A stretch of 64,000 nucleotides of DNA from Malacoraja senta. Its lineage: Eukaryota. Below, one piece after another: positions 36,278 to 47,792 of the stretch. The number at the start of each line of letters is the position of its first letter. Positions within the stretch are counted from its first letter, which is position 1. A program made the position numbers and the translations under genes. Location of the stretch: contig CM075987.1 of assembly GCA_038087875.1 (NCBI GenBank), positions 25,608,001 through 25,672,000 on the forward strand, written 5' to 3'. The notes below the pieces were generated by a model. That model saw only the letters and a list, made by a program, of their open reading frames with translations, made no database searches and was not told where the DNA came from.

Positions 36278-36727
36278 CTGACATATGATGAAAGAATGGG
36301 TCGACTGGGCTTATATTCATTGGCATTTAGAAGGATGAGAGGAGATCTTATTGAAACATATAAAATTCTTAAAGGATTGGACAGGCTAGATGCAGGAAAA
36401 ATGTTCTCAATGTTGGCGGAGTCCAGAACCAGGGTTCACAATTTAAGAATAAGGGGACTGAGATGAGGAAAAACTTTTCACCCAGAGAGTTGTAAATCTG
36501 TGGAATTCTCTGCCACAGAAGGCAGTGGAGGCCAATTCACTGGATGTTTTCAAGAGAGAATTAGATTTAGTTCTTAGGGCTAATGAAATCATGGGATATG
36601 GGGAAAAAGCAGGAACGGGGTACTGATTTTAGCTGATCAGCCATGATCATATTGAATGGCAGTGCTGGCTCAAAGGGCCGAATGGCCTACTCTTGCACCT
36701 ATTTTTCAATGTTTCTATGTTTCTATC
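36278..36727 (+). mobile_element. CR1 LINE 3' fragment nested in a Penelope-derived insert
   Basis: CR1 RT tail and UTR ending (TTTCTATG)n. Confidence 0.85.
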
Positions 36728-37916
36728 CAGAGATGCTGTCTGTCCAGCTGAGTTACTCCAGCATTTTGTGTCTATCTTTGAAGTAAACCTGTAGTTCCTT
36801 CCTACACATAACTACCTGAGTAAAGTACAAAATAACATTGTCGTGACTCAGCGGACAGGCAGCATCTCTGGATAGAAGGAATGGGTGATCTTTTGGGTCG
36901 AGACCCTTCTTCAAATCTGTGCCTATCTTCGGTGTAAACCAGCATCTGCAGTTCCTTCCCTTACAAAATAACATTGCTTCCTCTGAATAAGGATAGTCCC
37001 AGGATCACCAATGAGGTAGTCAGTAGTTCAGCACTGCTCTTTGGTTGTGGTTGGATGATTCAGTTGCCTGATAACAGCTGGGAACTAGCTCTTTTCTCTG
37101 GTCTTCATTCCTTTAACCATTCCTGTCGTGAACAGATCCGAAATTCCAGTGTGTCTATCTTGCCCTGCACAGATCCAACAGGAAGACGCAGAAAGGCAAC
37201 ATCTCTGGAGAGAAGGAATGGGTGACGTTTCGGGTCGACCCAAAACGTCACCCATTCCTTCTCTCCAGAGATGCTGCCTGTCCCGCTGAGTTACCCCAGC
37301 ATTTTGTGTCTCTCCTCATTGCTAAACAGCTGCCTTGGGTCACTTGCACTTTCCATAACCTCCAATGAGGCAAAGTACCTCTTCAAATCTCACACTATTA
37401 GTAGGAGTGGTAGGCTTTCCTATTCTTTTCAGTTTAGATCATTTGACTTCAATTAATGGGTCTCCTGCATGCGTTTGTGTCTTGATATTTTGTCATTTTT
37501 AAATAATTTTATGACTTGGAATTAATATAAATCTAAAAATGTACGCCACCCCTGTCTTAAGAGGACAAACCTCTTAATTTTAATAACATGCAAAATAAAA
37601 ATAGGATTTAAATTCATCTGAGTTGTCCTCAATTAGTGTTTTTTTTATTGTCTGTTTCTGACATTAACTTTCAAAATATAATGGTGAAAAAAGTCACGAT
37701 TTTAGACTCAGCATTGAATTCTGAAGCAATTCATTCCACATTGTTGCTGCATTATTATAATCAAAATATTTCAGTGCATCTGCAAGTCTCCAGGGAGTCC
37801 GTGTAACCTTGGTTTTCATGCAAGAAAATACAATGTGATAGACAACGAAGTGCTTTTTCTCTTTTCCCATCAATAAGCTGCTGTTTTTGCCTCTTAAAGA
37901 ACCATTCAAGCAATGT

Positions 37917-38790
37917 AAGACAGACACAAAAAGCTGGAGTAACACAGCGGGACAAGGCAGCATCTCCAGAGAGAGGGAAATGGTGACTTTTCGGGTCGAG
38001 ACCCTTCTTCAGACCGAAATTCAGGGAGAGGGACACAAGAGATATGGAAGTGCAAGGTGTGAAAATGACAGATCAAAGCAGGCTTTTGCATATCTTTCAT
38101 TCACTTGTTCTATAGCTCTCACTATCAACCAACTCTATCTCTCGTTTCCCTGACGAATGGGTGACGTTTCGGGTCGAGTCTGAAGAAGGGTCTTGACCCG
38201 AAACGTCAACCATTCCTTCTCTCCAGAGATGCTGCCTGATCCCACTGTGTTACTCCAGCTCTTAGGTTTAAACCAGCATCTGCAGTTCCTTCCTGCACAG
38301 ATCAATAGCAGAAATTGATCAAGGAAATGTAGATTGGTTCAATGGGTCTGAAGAAGGGTTTCAGCCCGAAACGTTGCCTATTTCCTTCGCTCCATAGATG
38401 CTGCTGCACCCGCTGAGTTTCTCCAGCATTTTTGTGTACCTTAGATTGGTTCAATGTTGGCTGAGGGGAAAGTGACAATGATGCATACCATCAGAAAAAT
38501 GAATCGGGAGGACAGTGAAACTTGTTGGAGAACTAGGATGGGGGAGGGATGGAGAGCGAGGGGAAGCAAGGGTTACTTGAAGTTTAGAGAAATCAATATT
38601 CATAGTGCTGGGTTGTAAGCTGCCTATACAATGTCATGGAAAAACTGTGTCTGGAAAGACACTGTGAGGAATAATAAAGAATAATAATGAAGGCAGACAC
38701 AAAATGCTGGAGTAACTCAGCGGGACAGGCAGCATCTCTGGAGAGAAGGAATGGGTGACGTTTTGTGTGGAGACCCTTCTTCAGGACAGA
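37917..38790. mobile_element. Cluster of nested Penelope-like 3' fragments
   Basis: At least five terminal modules; the 38345-38441 insert has 15-bp TSD TAGATTGGTTCAATG. Confidence 0.75.
38341..38382 (+). ncRNA. Minimal type I hammerhead ribozyme motif (Penelope-associated)
   Basis: AAUGGGU-CUGAAGA-A-GGGU(UUCA)GCCC-GAAAC-GUU-GCCUAUU: 7-bp stem I, stem II, loopless palindromic ACGU helix III. Confidence 0.6.
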
Positions 38791-39030
38791 AAGTATTTGT
38801 GGCAGCAAACTCTTAGTTTAGTCTTAGTTTAGTGATATAGCATGGCAACAGGCCCTTCAGCCCACTGATTCCATGCCAACCATCAATCACCCACTTACAC
38901 TAGTTCTATGTTATCTCATTAACTACTCTCAGGGGCATTTCACAGGGGGCCAATTAACCTATAAACCTGCGCGTCTTTGGGATGTGGGAAGAAAATGGAA
39001 TTTCGGGTTGGGTCCTGACCCGGATATAAC

Positions 39031-39342
39031 GGGTGGCACAGTGGCTCAGCGGTAGAGTTGCTGCCGTGCAGCGCCAGAGACCAGAGTTCGATCCTGACCT
39101 CGGGTGCTGTCTGTAAGGAGTTTGTACGCTCCTCCTGTGACCTGTGTGGGTTTTCCCCAGGTGCTCCAGTATCCTCCCACACACCAAAGACGTGTAGGTG
39201 TGTAGGCTAATTGGCTTTGGTAAAATTGTAAATTGTCCCTAGTGTGTGTGTAGGATTGTGTTAGTGTGCAGAGATTGCTGGTCGGCCTGGACTCGATGGG
39301 CCGAAGGGCCTGTTTTTGTGCTGTATCTCTAAACTAAACTAG
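39031..39342 (+). mobile_element. HE1-like V-SINE (minus-strand partial copy at 38815-38990)
   Basis: Consensus match. Confidence 0.85.
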
Positions 39343-39394
39343 TCAAATTATATATGATAATTAAGCTGGCAATTTGAAATAAAAACAGAATATG

Positions 39395-40030
39395 CTTTTT
39401 TTCCCCAATATCTTACCTTGCTGGAGATGCGATTGTTTTCCGGATCGTATCTCCGATCGCTCTGCGGCCTGACATCATGGAGCTGGCGGCTTTTCTCGAG
39501 ACGGACTTTGAGCCCATCGCGGGGCCGTGGACTTACCGTCAGAGCCTGCGATCCCTTGCCTGGGATCAACGCTCCAACCGCGGCCTGCGGATTTCACCAT
39601 TGCGCAGCTCGCAGTCGCGGGTAGAGACTGATGTCAGGATACTCGAAAGTCGCAGGAGGTTCGACCACCCCTGACCCGAGGTCCGATCGCCCGGCATGGG
39701 GGAGCTGTGATTTCCCCATCCCCCCCCCCGATGCAGGAGCTTGATCGCCCCGACACGGAGGGCCCGACCGCCGGCTACCGGTGCCAAGATCGTCCCATCA
39801 ACGGAAGGTTTAAGGCCCCCGACCATGGGAGAACATAGAAGGGAAGAGATTGAACTTTTTTTTCACCTTCCATCACAGTGAGGAATGTGGAGGAGTCACT
39901 GTGGTGGATGTTTATGTTAAAATGTAGCTTGTGTGTCTTGTTGCTTTGTATTGGTGTGACTGTTTGGCAAATCAAATACCTTGTATGTTGCAAAACGATA
40001 CTTGGCTAATAAAGTATGATGATGATTATG
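39395..40030 (+). mobile_element. Non-autonomous Rex1-like element
   Basis: Leader GGAGATGCGATTGTTTTCCG...CATGGAGCTGGCGG homologous to 48565-48632; CCTTCCATCACAGTGAGGAATGTG; tail AATAAAGTATGATGATG. Confidence 0.55.
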
Positions 40031-40167
40031 ATCAGTAAAAGCAACTTCATAACCACAGGATCATCATGAATTGTATTTAGTTTATGAATGTCCTTAAGGG
40101 AATGGTGAAGGAATTCTGCCATGCTGTCCTCATCAGGCCCATTACTAGTTCCCCAGCACACACACCC

Positions 40168-40531
40168 ATGTGATGGCGCAATGGGCTAAGTGTTCGGCTG
40201 GCAACCGGAAGGTAGCCGGTTCGAATCCCGCTTGGAGTGCATACTGTCGTTGTGTCCTTGGGCAAGACACTTCACCCACCTTTGCCTGCGTGTGAATGTG
40301 TGTGAATGTGTGTGAATGTGTGTGAGTGATTGGTGGTGGTCGGAGGGGCCGTAGGCGCAGATTAGCAGCCACGCTTCCATCAGTCTGCCCCAGGGCAGCT
40401 GTGGCTACAGAAGTAGCTCACCACCACCGAGTGTGACTGAGGAGTGAATGAATAATGCGATGTAAAGCGCCTTGAGTATTAGAAAGGCGCTATATAAATC
40501 CCATCCATTATTATTATTATTATTATTATTA
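40168..40531 (+). mobile_element. tRNA-derived SINE with probable Meta domain and L2-type tail
   Basis: A box TGGCGCAATGG, B box GGTTCGAATCC, TGTGTCCTTGGGCAAGACACTT, central GCAGCCACGCTTCCATCAGTCTGCCCCAGGGCAGCTGTGGCTAC, tail TGTAAAGCGCCTTGAG...GCGCTATATAAAT(TAT)n. Confidence 0.8.
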
Positions 40532-40585
40532 ACTCATAATTGACCATCCGAATCCAGGATGATTAGCATTCGGCAAGAAAAATCG

Positions 40586-40885
40586 ATGGCGCAGCGGTAG
40601 AGTTGCTGCCTTACAGCGCCAGAGACCCGGGTTTGATCCTGACTACGGGTGCTGTCTGTACGGAGTTCGTACGTTCTACCCAAGACCCGTGTGGGTTTTC
40701 TCCGAGATCTTCGGTTTCCTCCCACACTCCAAAGAACTTGCAGGTCTGCAGGTTAATTGACTTGGTATAAATGTAAAGGTTGTCCCTTGTGTGCGTAGGA
40801 TGGTGTTAGTGTGCGGGGATCGCTGGTCGGCGCGGACTCGGTGGGCCGAAGGGGCTATTTCTGCACTGTATCTCTAAACTTAAAG
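40586..40885 (+). mobile_element. HE1-like V-SINE
   Basis: Consensus match. Confidence 0.85.
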
Positions 40886-40904
40886 AAAACTGAAATCTTT
40901 ACTT

Positions 40905-41940
40905 AGAATAGAATAGAATCGAATCGAATCTTTATTTGCCACACGACCAGGGTTGGTGGTATTTGGGTTCGGTACATGATGGTACACTGCTTTAGACACA
41001 TTAACACTAATAACAACACAGATCATAATAATAAAGTGCATCCATACCACATCACAAATCTCACCAACAATACATAGTACAAAAGAACAGACAAGACCAT
41101 AGACAAGACACTGTATACATCAAAAGTCCTTAGTATTGTCTGTTAATGGAGGGAATTGAGTATTCTTATTGCTGAGGGGAAGAAACTGTTTTTAAAGCGG
41201 GTGGATTTTGTAGCAACTGACCTAAGGCGCCTCCCTGAAGGGAGAGACTGGAAAAGGTAGTTTGCCGGATGGGGGGGGGGGGTCCAAGATGATATTTTTT
41301 GCCCGTTTTGAGGTACGTTGGAGATAAATGGTATAGATTGAGGGGAGGGGAGAGTTGATGATCCTAGAGGCCTTGGAGACAATGCGCTGTATTCTGTGTA
41401 GTGAGTGACTGTCAGTGTTTCCGTACCAGACTGTGATTGAGGAGGTGATGATGCTTTCAATGATGGATTGATAGAAGCGTACCAGGAGGTGTTTGTGGAC
41501 TCTGAACTTTTTGAGCTGTCTGAGGAAGTATAGGCGTTGTTGTCCTTTCTTGATGATTTGGTCTGCATTGATGTGCCATTTTAGATTATTGCAGATATAG
41601 GTGCCCAGAAACTTAAATGAGTTCGTGGAGGTTATGGGATGGGAGTTGACATGGACCGTGGGTTTGAGGTTTTGTTTGCGTCTGAAATCTATGATGATTT
41701 CTAAGGTTTTTGAAGTATTAAGCTGGAGGTTGTTTTCTGCGCACCATTTGACTGCGCTGTCCACTGTTTGATGGTATTGTGATTCGTTGTTGTCTGAGGT
41801 GAGGCCAATTATTGTTGTGTCGTCTGCATATTTGAAAATTTTGACTGAACTGCATTGGGATGTGAGGTTGTTGGTGCAAAGTGAGAAGAGCAGAGGTGAC
41901 AGAACGCACCCTTGAGGGGCTCCTGTGTTGAGAGTCAGAG
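40905..41940 (-). mobile_element. Rex1-like LINE RT 3' fragment, frameshifted
   Basis: GAPQGCVLSPLLFSL, KYADDTT, WCAENNLQLNTSKT, FKFLG, QQRLYFLRQLKK, RFKNSFFPSAIRILN; tail (TTCGA)(TTCTA)n. Confidence 0.9.
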
Positions 41941-42264
41941 GAGTACTTCACCAGCGACCACATTATCCAGTGAGAAAGACACAGAGAATGAAGAACTGTT
42001 TCTGACTGAGATGAGACAATTCAGCACAAATTGTCTCTCCTTGGTCTGTATCTCTCTCCTGGGTGTAGATAACTTAATCCTCGAGTAGATTGTCCTTCCA
42101 TCAACTGAGCCACAGAAGTAGCTCATTAACTGCATGGGGTGATTCTATTGAGTTTCAATTCCTTTGGGAAGTAGCAGTCCCTGCCCTACAGAGCTGAAAC
42201 AGGTTGCTGCCACGTTAGAACAAAAACATTCTGGAGACACTTGACAGCAAATGAGAAAACATAG

Positions 42265-42690
42265 ATTAGGCACAAAATGCTGGAGTAACTCAGCGGTACA
42301 GGCAGCATCTCTGCATAGAAGGAATGGGTGATGTTTCGGGTCGAGACCCTTCTTCAGACTCTATCCCTGTTGTGACTCGGGGAGGGGGATCAAGAGCGGA
42401 GCTGCGGGGAACCGAGGAGACCCTGTGAGTGGCTCATCTATGATGCCCTTCCCTCCCCTCAGTCGCAACATTGACAGAGACCCTCTAGTCCTCACCTTTC
42501 ACCCCATCAGACGTCACATGCAGCACAGTATCATCCGGCATTTTCGCCACCTCCAACGGGATCCCACTACTGGCCAAATCTTCCCATCTCCACACCTTTC
42601 CGCGTTCCGCGGAGACTGTTCCCTCCGCAACTCCCTGGTCAACTCATCCCTTCCCACCCAAACCACCCCCTCTCCAGGTACATTCAGAAA
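42265..42690. mobile_element. Penelope-like fragments (terminal module on minus; RT-EN linker on plus)
   Basis: PLVLTFHP...IIRHFRHLQRDPTTGQIFPSP..AFRGDCSLRNSLV. Confidence 0.7.
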
Positions 42691-42939
42691 AAAATTGGAG
42701 TAGTTTTGCAATCATTTCTTTCAGATGCTGGATTAGAAATATGTACCAAGAGACTATTTGCCAAAGAATGGATGCATTGAAGAATGGATGCATAGAGTTA
42801 CAGAGCCTTATATTGTGGAAACAGGCCCTTCGGCCCAACTTGCTCACACTGGTCAACAGGTCCCATCTACACTAGTCCCAACTGCCCACGTTTTGGTCCA
42901 TATCTCTCCAAACCTGTCCTATCCATGTACCTGTCGAAA

Positions 42940-43720
42940 TCTATATTACTAAAAGTCTCATCTTGACTGCTTCCTGTCTACATTGTTAATTGATTTTAGA
43001 AAAAACGCTAACCTATACCGCTATGATTTGTTCCCATCTTACTCAGTCCTCCACTGCATCAGCCGCAAGGATTTTTCCGATCGCTGAAAAATAAAAAAAG
43101 TTATGAATGTTTAAAAAATCTTGAGATCAGCTGATTGGTCCTCTCGCCTGTCAATCACCATGATGAAGGTAACGCCCCTTCTGGGGGGTGGGGGGGGGGG
43201 GGTGCAGGAGTATAAAACCCCGGATGCCTGGACGTGAGTCAGTCGCTCTGGAAGATTGCGAGTGAGAGGCCATAACTGTGATTCTAAGCTGTGAGTCAAC
43301 TTAACTGCGAGTCTACAATGTACTTGCAATAAATGATTTGTTAGCCCTAAATGAAAATGTAATGAGTTGTTTGGCCTGCCCTGTGCTTTTGCTTTTGCTT
43401 TGCCTTTGCTTTGCTTGACCTCACCTGAAATGAAAGCAAATGGATTGTATTGTTGGCTGGCCCCGCCTGCCCTTTGCTTGACGACTTGACTTGAAATGAC
43501 TTGACTTGACTTAATGGATTGACTTGACTCGACTTGAAATGGATTGTCGGCCCTGCACTCACTGTGCTTGACTTGACTGACCCACAACACCCATGCTAGC
43601 GCTCCAGAACCCCCCCCCCCACTGGCCACCAATATTGGAATTGGTGGAGAGGTGGAATATTGCGTTGAGGGACCAGCCCTCCTGTGTGAACCTGGGACCC
43701 AACGGGTCCACTTAGTCTAG
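42940..43720 (+). mobile_element. Non-autonomous Helitron, 781 bp
   Basis: 5' TCTATATTACTAAAA after host A; 3' hairpin GGACCC-AAC-GGGTCC then CTAG before host T; no TSD; removal restores CR1 sequence CTGTCGAAA|TGTTTCTTAAATG. Confidence 0.9.
43131..43246 (+). promoter_or_regulatory. Putative Pol II core promoter inside the Helitron
   Basis: Reverse CCAAT (ATTGG, 43134), G-tract 43183-43202, TATAAAA 43211-43217, Inr TCAGTC with A at 43241 (TATA at -30). Confidence 0.45.
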
Positions 43721-45671
43721 TGTTTCTTAAATGTTGAGATATTCCCAGCCTCAACTACCTCCTCTGGCAGCTCGTTCCATACACCCACCACCCTTTGCGT
43801 GAAAAAGTTATCTTTCAGACTCCAAAAATCTTTCCCCCTTCACCTTAAACCTATGTCCTCTGGTCCTTGATTCCCCTACTCTGGGCAAGAGACACATTGA
43901 GCAAAGCCAAATGAACTATGTTGAATATCAATATCAGCGCTGGGAGAAGAGATTGGATAACGAGATGGTTGTCTACATTTTGGCCAAGGTCTTTTAACGG
44001 TTTCTGGAATGGTGAGCATGCACAAAAAAGCAAGGCGTGTCCAAGGTTGGTGGCAGGTTGGGATGGGGTGGGGTGGACAGGGGGGGAGAGGGAATGGGAG
44101 GGGGAGGTGGAAGAGGAGGTACAGACCTGACAATGAGAGTCAAGGAATGAACCATCCTACAAACAACTAGAGCTACTATTTACCTCATTGGAGAGACCCT
44201 CGGACTATTTTGGACTGAACATTATTCATGTTATTCCCTTCATCATGCATCTGTACACTGTGGACGGCTCGATTGTAACCATGTATCATTGTTTTTCCGC
44301 TGACCGGTTAGCACGCAACAAGAGCTTCTCGCTGTATCTCAGTACACGTGACACTAAACTAAACACAAACTCGGACATGTCTGGGGTTCCCTTTTATATT
44401 GGCATGGAATGGAATGGGATACTTTACAGTCACACGCGACAAGGCACAGTGAAATTCTTCGCTTGCGTACACAAGGTACACAAATAGCGGGCAGACACAC
44501 ATTGCTGGAGTAGCTCAGCGGGACAGGCAGCATCTCTGAAGAGAAGGAATGGGTGACGCTTCGGGTCGAGACCCTTCTTCAGCCTTTTCAGACGTACATA
44601 CAAATAGTGGTCACCTACGGCGCTGACAAAGTTACAAACCACGCCGGCTCCTCCTATGTTCTCCAGCCACCCCCCTCCCCTCACCACCACAGCTCCCCCC
44701 CCCCTCCCCACCCCGGGTCCCCATATTGTCCATTGTCCTCCTCCCCTCCCTCAGGCGGTCCACCTATCCCGTGAATAGCGGTGACTGACATCACTGGCTA
44801 TTGAAATGGTTGTCTGAACCGTCTTTGAGGACAACATCTTTATAAATAACCTCAATTTTTGTTAGGAAGCTCGCGTATCAATTTCAGCTTGTAAAATTGA
44901 ATTGAACAAAATATTCATAACTTATTGATATATGCGACCGTTTTATCAAGACTGCACAGGCTTTGCTCTTTAATGGTCAACTCTATTACAACTGTGGCCG
45001 GTATGGACTAGTTGGGCTGAAGGGTGTATGACTGTATGACTCTAACACGCTGTATGACTCCAACACTCTATCAACCTCACAAGTGTCATCGATGCTGTAA
45101 TCAGTGAGGGGATACAACTTACAAACATTTTGAATGTATTTTTCCAACAACCCCTGACAATTACTGTGCACTTGTTCCTTTCAGATCGCCCAAGTTTCCG
45201 ACCTTTGTCGGACAACCTTTCTCCGACTTTCATTCTCTAACCTATTACCAGAGTCCTTGATCGGAGTCTGTCAACATTAAATGGAACTCACTGAGTGAAC
45301 GCACACAATACAGGAAGCATAAACACAGTGACACGCGCGTCACTTTGTTTAAAGTTCAATACAGTATATCATTCCAGACTCATAGAGTCATACGACATAC
45401 AGGTTTGTCGGTTAATTGGCTTGGTATAAAAATGTAAAAATTGTCCCTCGTTTGTGTTGGATAGTGTTAGTGTGCGGGGATCGCTGGTCGGTGCGGACTC
45501 GGTGGGCCGAAGGGCCTGTTTCTGCGCTGTATAACTAAACTAAACCAAACTATTAACAAATATGAGGAGCAGTTTGGGTGGTGTGGGCTGGCGTTAGGGG
45601 GACCTAAAGTTAAGCAAGGCCACAGTGTAATAAAACAGATGATCTGGAAAGACACTATGAGCAATAATAAT

Positions 45672-46228
45672 GAAGACTGACACAAAATGCTGGAGGAACT
45701 CAGTGGGACGGGCAGCATCTCTAGAGAGAAGAAATGGGTGACGTTTCGGGTCGAGACCCTTCTTCAGACTGCCTGAGGTCACCTGTTGCCGCCCCTGATT
45801 TGTCCTAGTCTTTGTGTAGGAAGGAACAGCAGGTGCTGGGTTACACCAAAGAGTGGCAAAAAAAACTGAAGTAACTCAGCGGGGCAGGCAGCATCTCTGG
45901 AGAAAAGGAATAGGTGGTGTTTTGAATCAAAACACTTCCTCAGACTGAGAGGCAGTGGAGAGAGAAACCCGAGGTATGAAAAGGTACAGAACAGATCAGA
46001 GCCGGCACTGATGACCAACGAGCCCACAACGATCTATTGTTGGCTGCAGAGGAGGGAATGCGAGGGTTACTTGAATTTAGAAGTCAATATTCATACCACT
46101 TGGGCTGTGAGCTACCCAAGCAAAATATGAGGCACCGGTCCTCCAATTCTGACAGTGGAGGAGGCCCAGGACAGAAAGGTCAGTGTGGGAATGGGAGGAG
46201 GAGTAAACGTCTGTTTGGCAACCGGATG
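45672..46228 (-). mobile_element. Penelope-like 3' fragments
   Basis: HSHTDLSVLGLLHCQ...SGMNIDF; intact hammerhead core 45740-45767 on the minus strand. Confidence 0.75.
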
Positions 46229-46241
46229 ATCGCTTATCTAA

Positions 46242-46395
46242 AGGGCCTGTCCCACTAACGCGACCTTTACAGGCGACTGCAGGCACCCGTCATAGGTCGC
46301 TGAAATTTTCAACATGTTGAAAATTCAGCGGCAACCATAAAGACGCTACGACTCTTTGGAGACCTCTCACGACCATAGGAGACCTTTCACTACCA
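46242..46395. mobile_element. Truncated Harbinger-type MITE
   Basis: TAA then AGGGCCTGTCCCACT; internal palindrome AATTTTCAACATGTTGAAAATT; right TIR absent. Confidence 0.7.
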
Positions 46396-47263
46396 TTTTC
46401 TCCAGAGGTGTTGCCTGACCCAATTAGTTACTTCAGCATGTTATGTCTATTTTTGTGAGTATTCTTCTGATTAATGGCATTATCTGGATGGTTCATTAAG
46501 ATATCTGCATCTCGTAGAGTCATACAGCAGGGAAACAAGCCCTCAGGCCCAACTTGCCCATGTCGATCTACACTAGATACCCCATCTACACAAGCCCCAC
46601 CTGCCTGCATTGGGCCCATATACCTCTAAACCTACCCTATACCTGTCTAAACGTTACTTAAACATTGCCGTACTACCTGCCTTAACTCCGGCAAATTTTA
46701 GGATCACATTTTTGTCATTCAAATGGCTTTTTTTTACACGGCAAAAATATATTGGGGGAACTTGGAGACCACTCTGATAGAAATTATGCATTTGGCCGAC
46801 ATCTCTCTAAACCTTTCCTATTCATCTGTGGAGCAAGAAGTACGGTACTTAATGTTTCAGGTCAATGCGTTTCCATCAGAACTAACGTTGCCTGACCTGA
46901 AGAATAATTCCACTCTTTTCCTTTTGGCTTCATAATGTTTCTTGGACATCTATTTTATCTCATATGCTAATGAATCATGATATTTCTTTGCTTGAGTGAA
47001 TAGCACAAAAAATATCTCATCAGGACTTGACATGTTTAACTGTCAAAAATAGCCGCTGCCCTTCAATTTTCTACTTAAGGATTTTCTATTTTTGCAAAAC
47101 AATATAACTGCTGTGTTATTTTAGGTTAGTGCCTCTTCATAGCTTTTATTTTCACTTCATTCACCTTCGGTCCCGATTTACATGTTAAACCACAAATTTT
47201 AGGGTGATCTGCGAACTTACTAATCATGCCATCTTTATTCACCTCTCAATTGTTGGATCCGTT

Positions 47264-47792
47264 CAGCGGTAGTAGCCTTACAGTGCCAGAGACCCGGGTT
47301 CGATCCTGACTACGGGTGCTGTCTGTACGGAGTTTGTACGTTCACCCCGCGACCTGCGTAGGTTTTCTCCGAGATTTCCCCCCCCCACTCCCCACAAAGA
47401 CGTACAGGTTTGTAGGTTGACAAAAGCGCTGGAGAAACTCAGCGGGTGCTGCAGCATCTATGGAGTGAAGGAAATAGGCAACGTTTTGGGCCGAAACCCT
47501 TCATCAGTCTGAAGAAGGATTCGGCCCAAAACGTTGCCTATTTCCTTCGATCCATAGATGCTGCCGCACCCGCTGAGTTTCGCCAGCACTTTTGTCTACC
47601 TTCGATTTTCCAGCATCTGCAGTTCCTTCTTAAACATGTTTGTAGGTTACTTGGCTTGGTATAAATGTGTAAATATAAAAATTGTCTCTCGAGTGTGCGG
47701 CGTAGTGTTAATGTGTGTGGGTCACTGGTCAGTGTGGACTCGGTGGGCCAAAGGTCCTGTTTCAGCGCTGTATCACTAAACTTAATTAAACT
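47264..47792 (+). mobile_element. HE1-like V-SINE with nested Penelope palindrome (47419-47637)
   Basis: GTTTGTAGGTT duplicated around the insert. Confidence 0.8.

Noticed and set aside
43111..43632. 173-aa ORF in the Helitron as a captured gene
   Set aside because: Low-complexity translation of (ACTTG)n/(GCTTT)n repeats with no recognisable domain.
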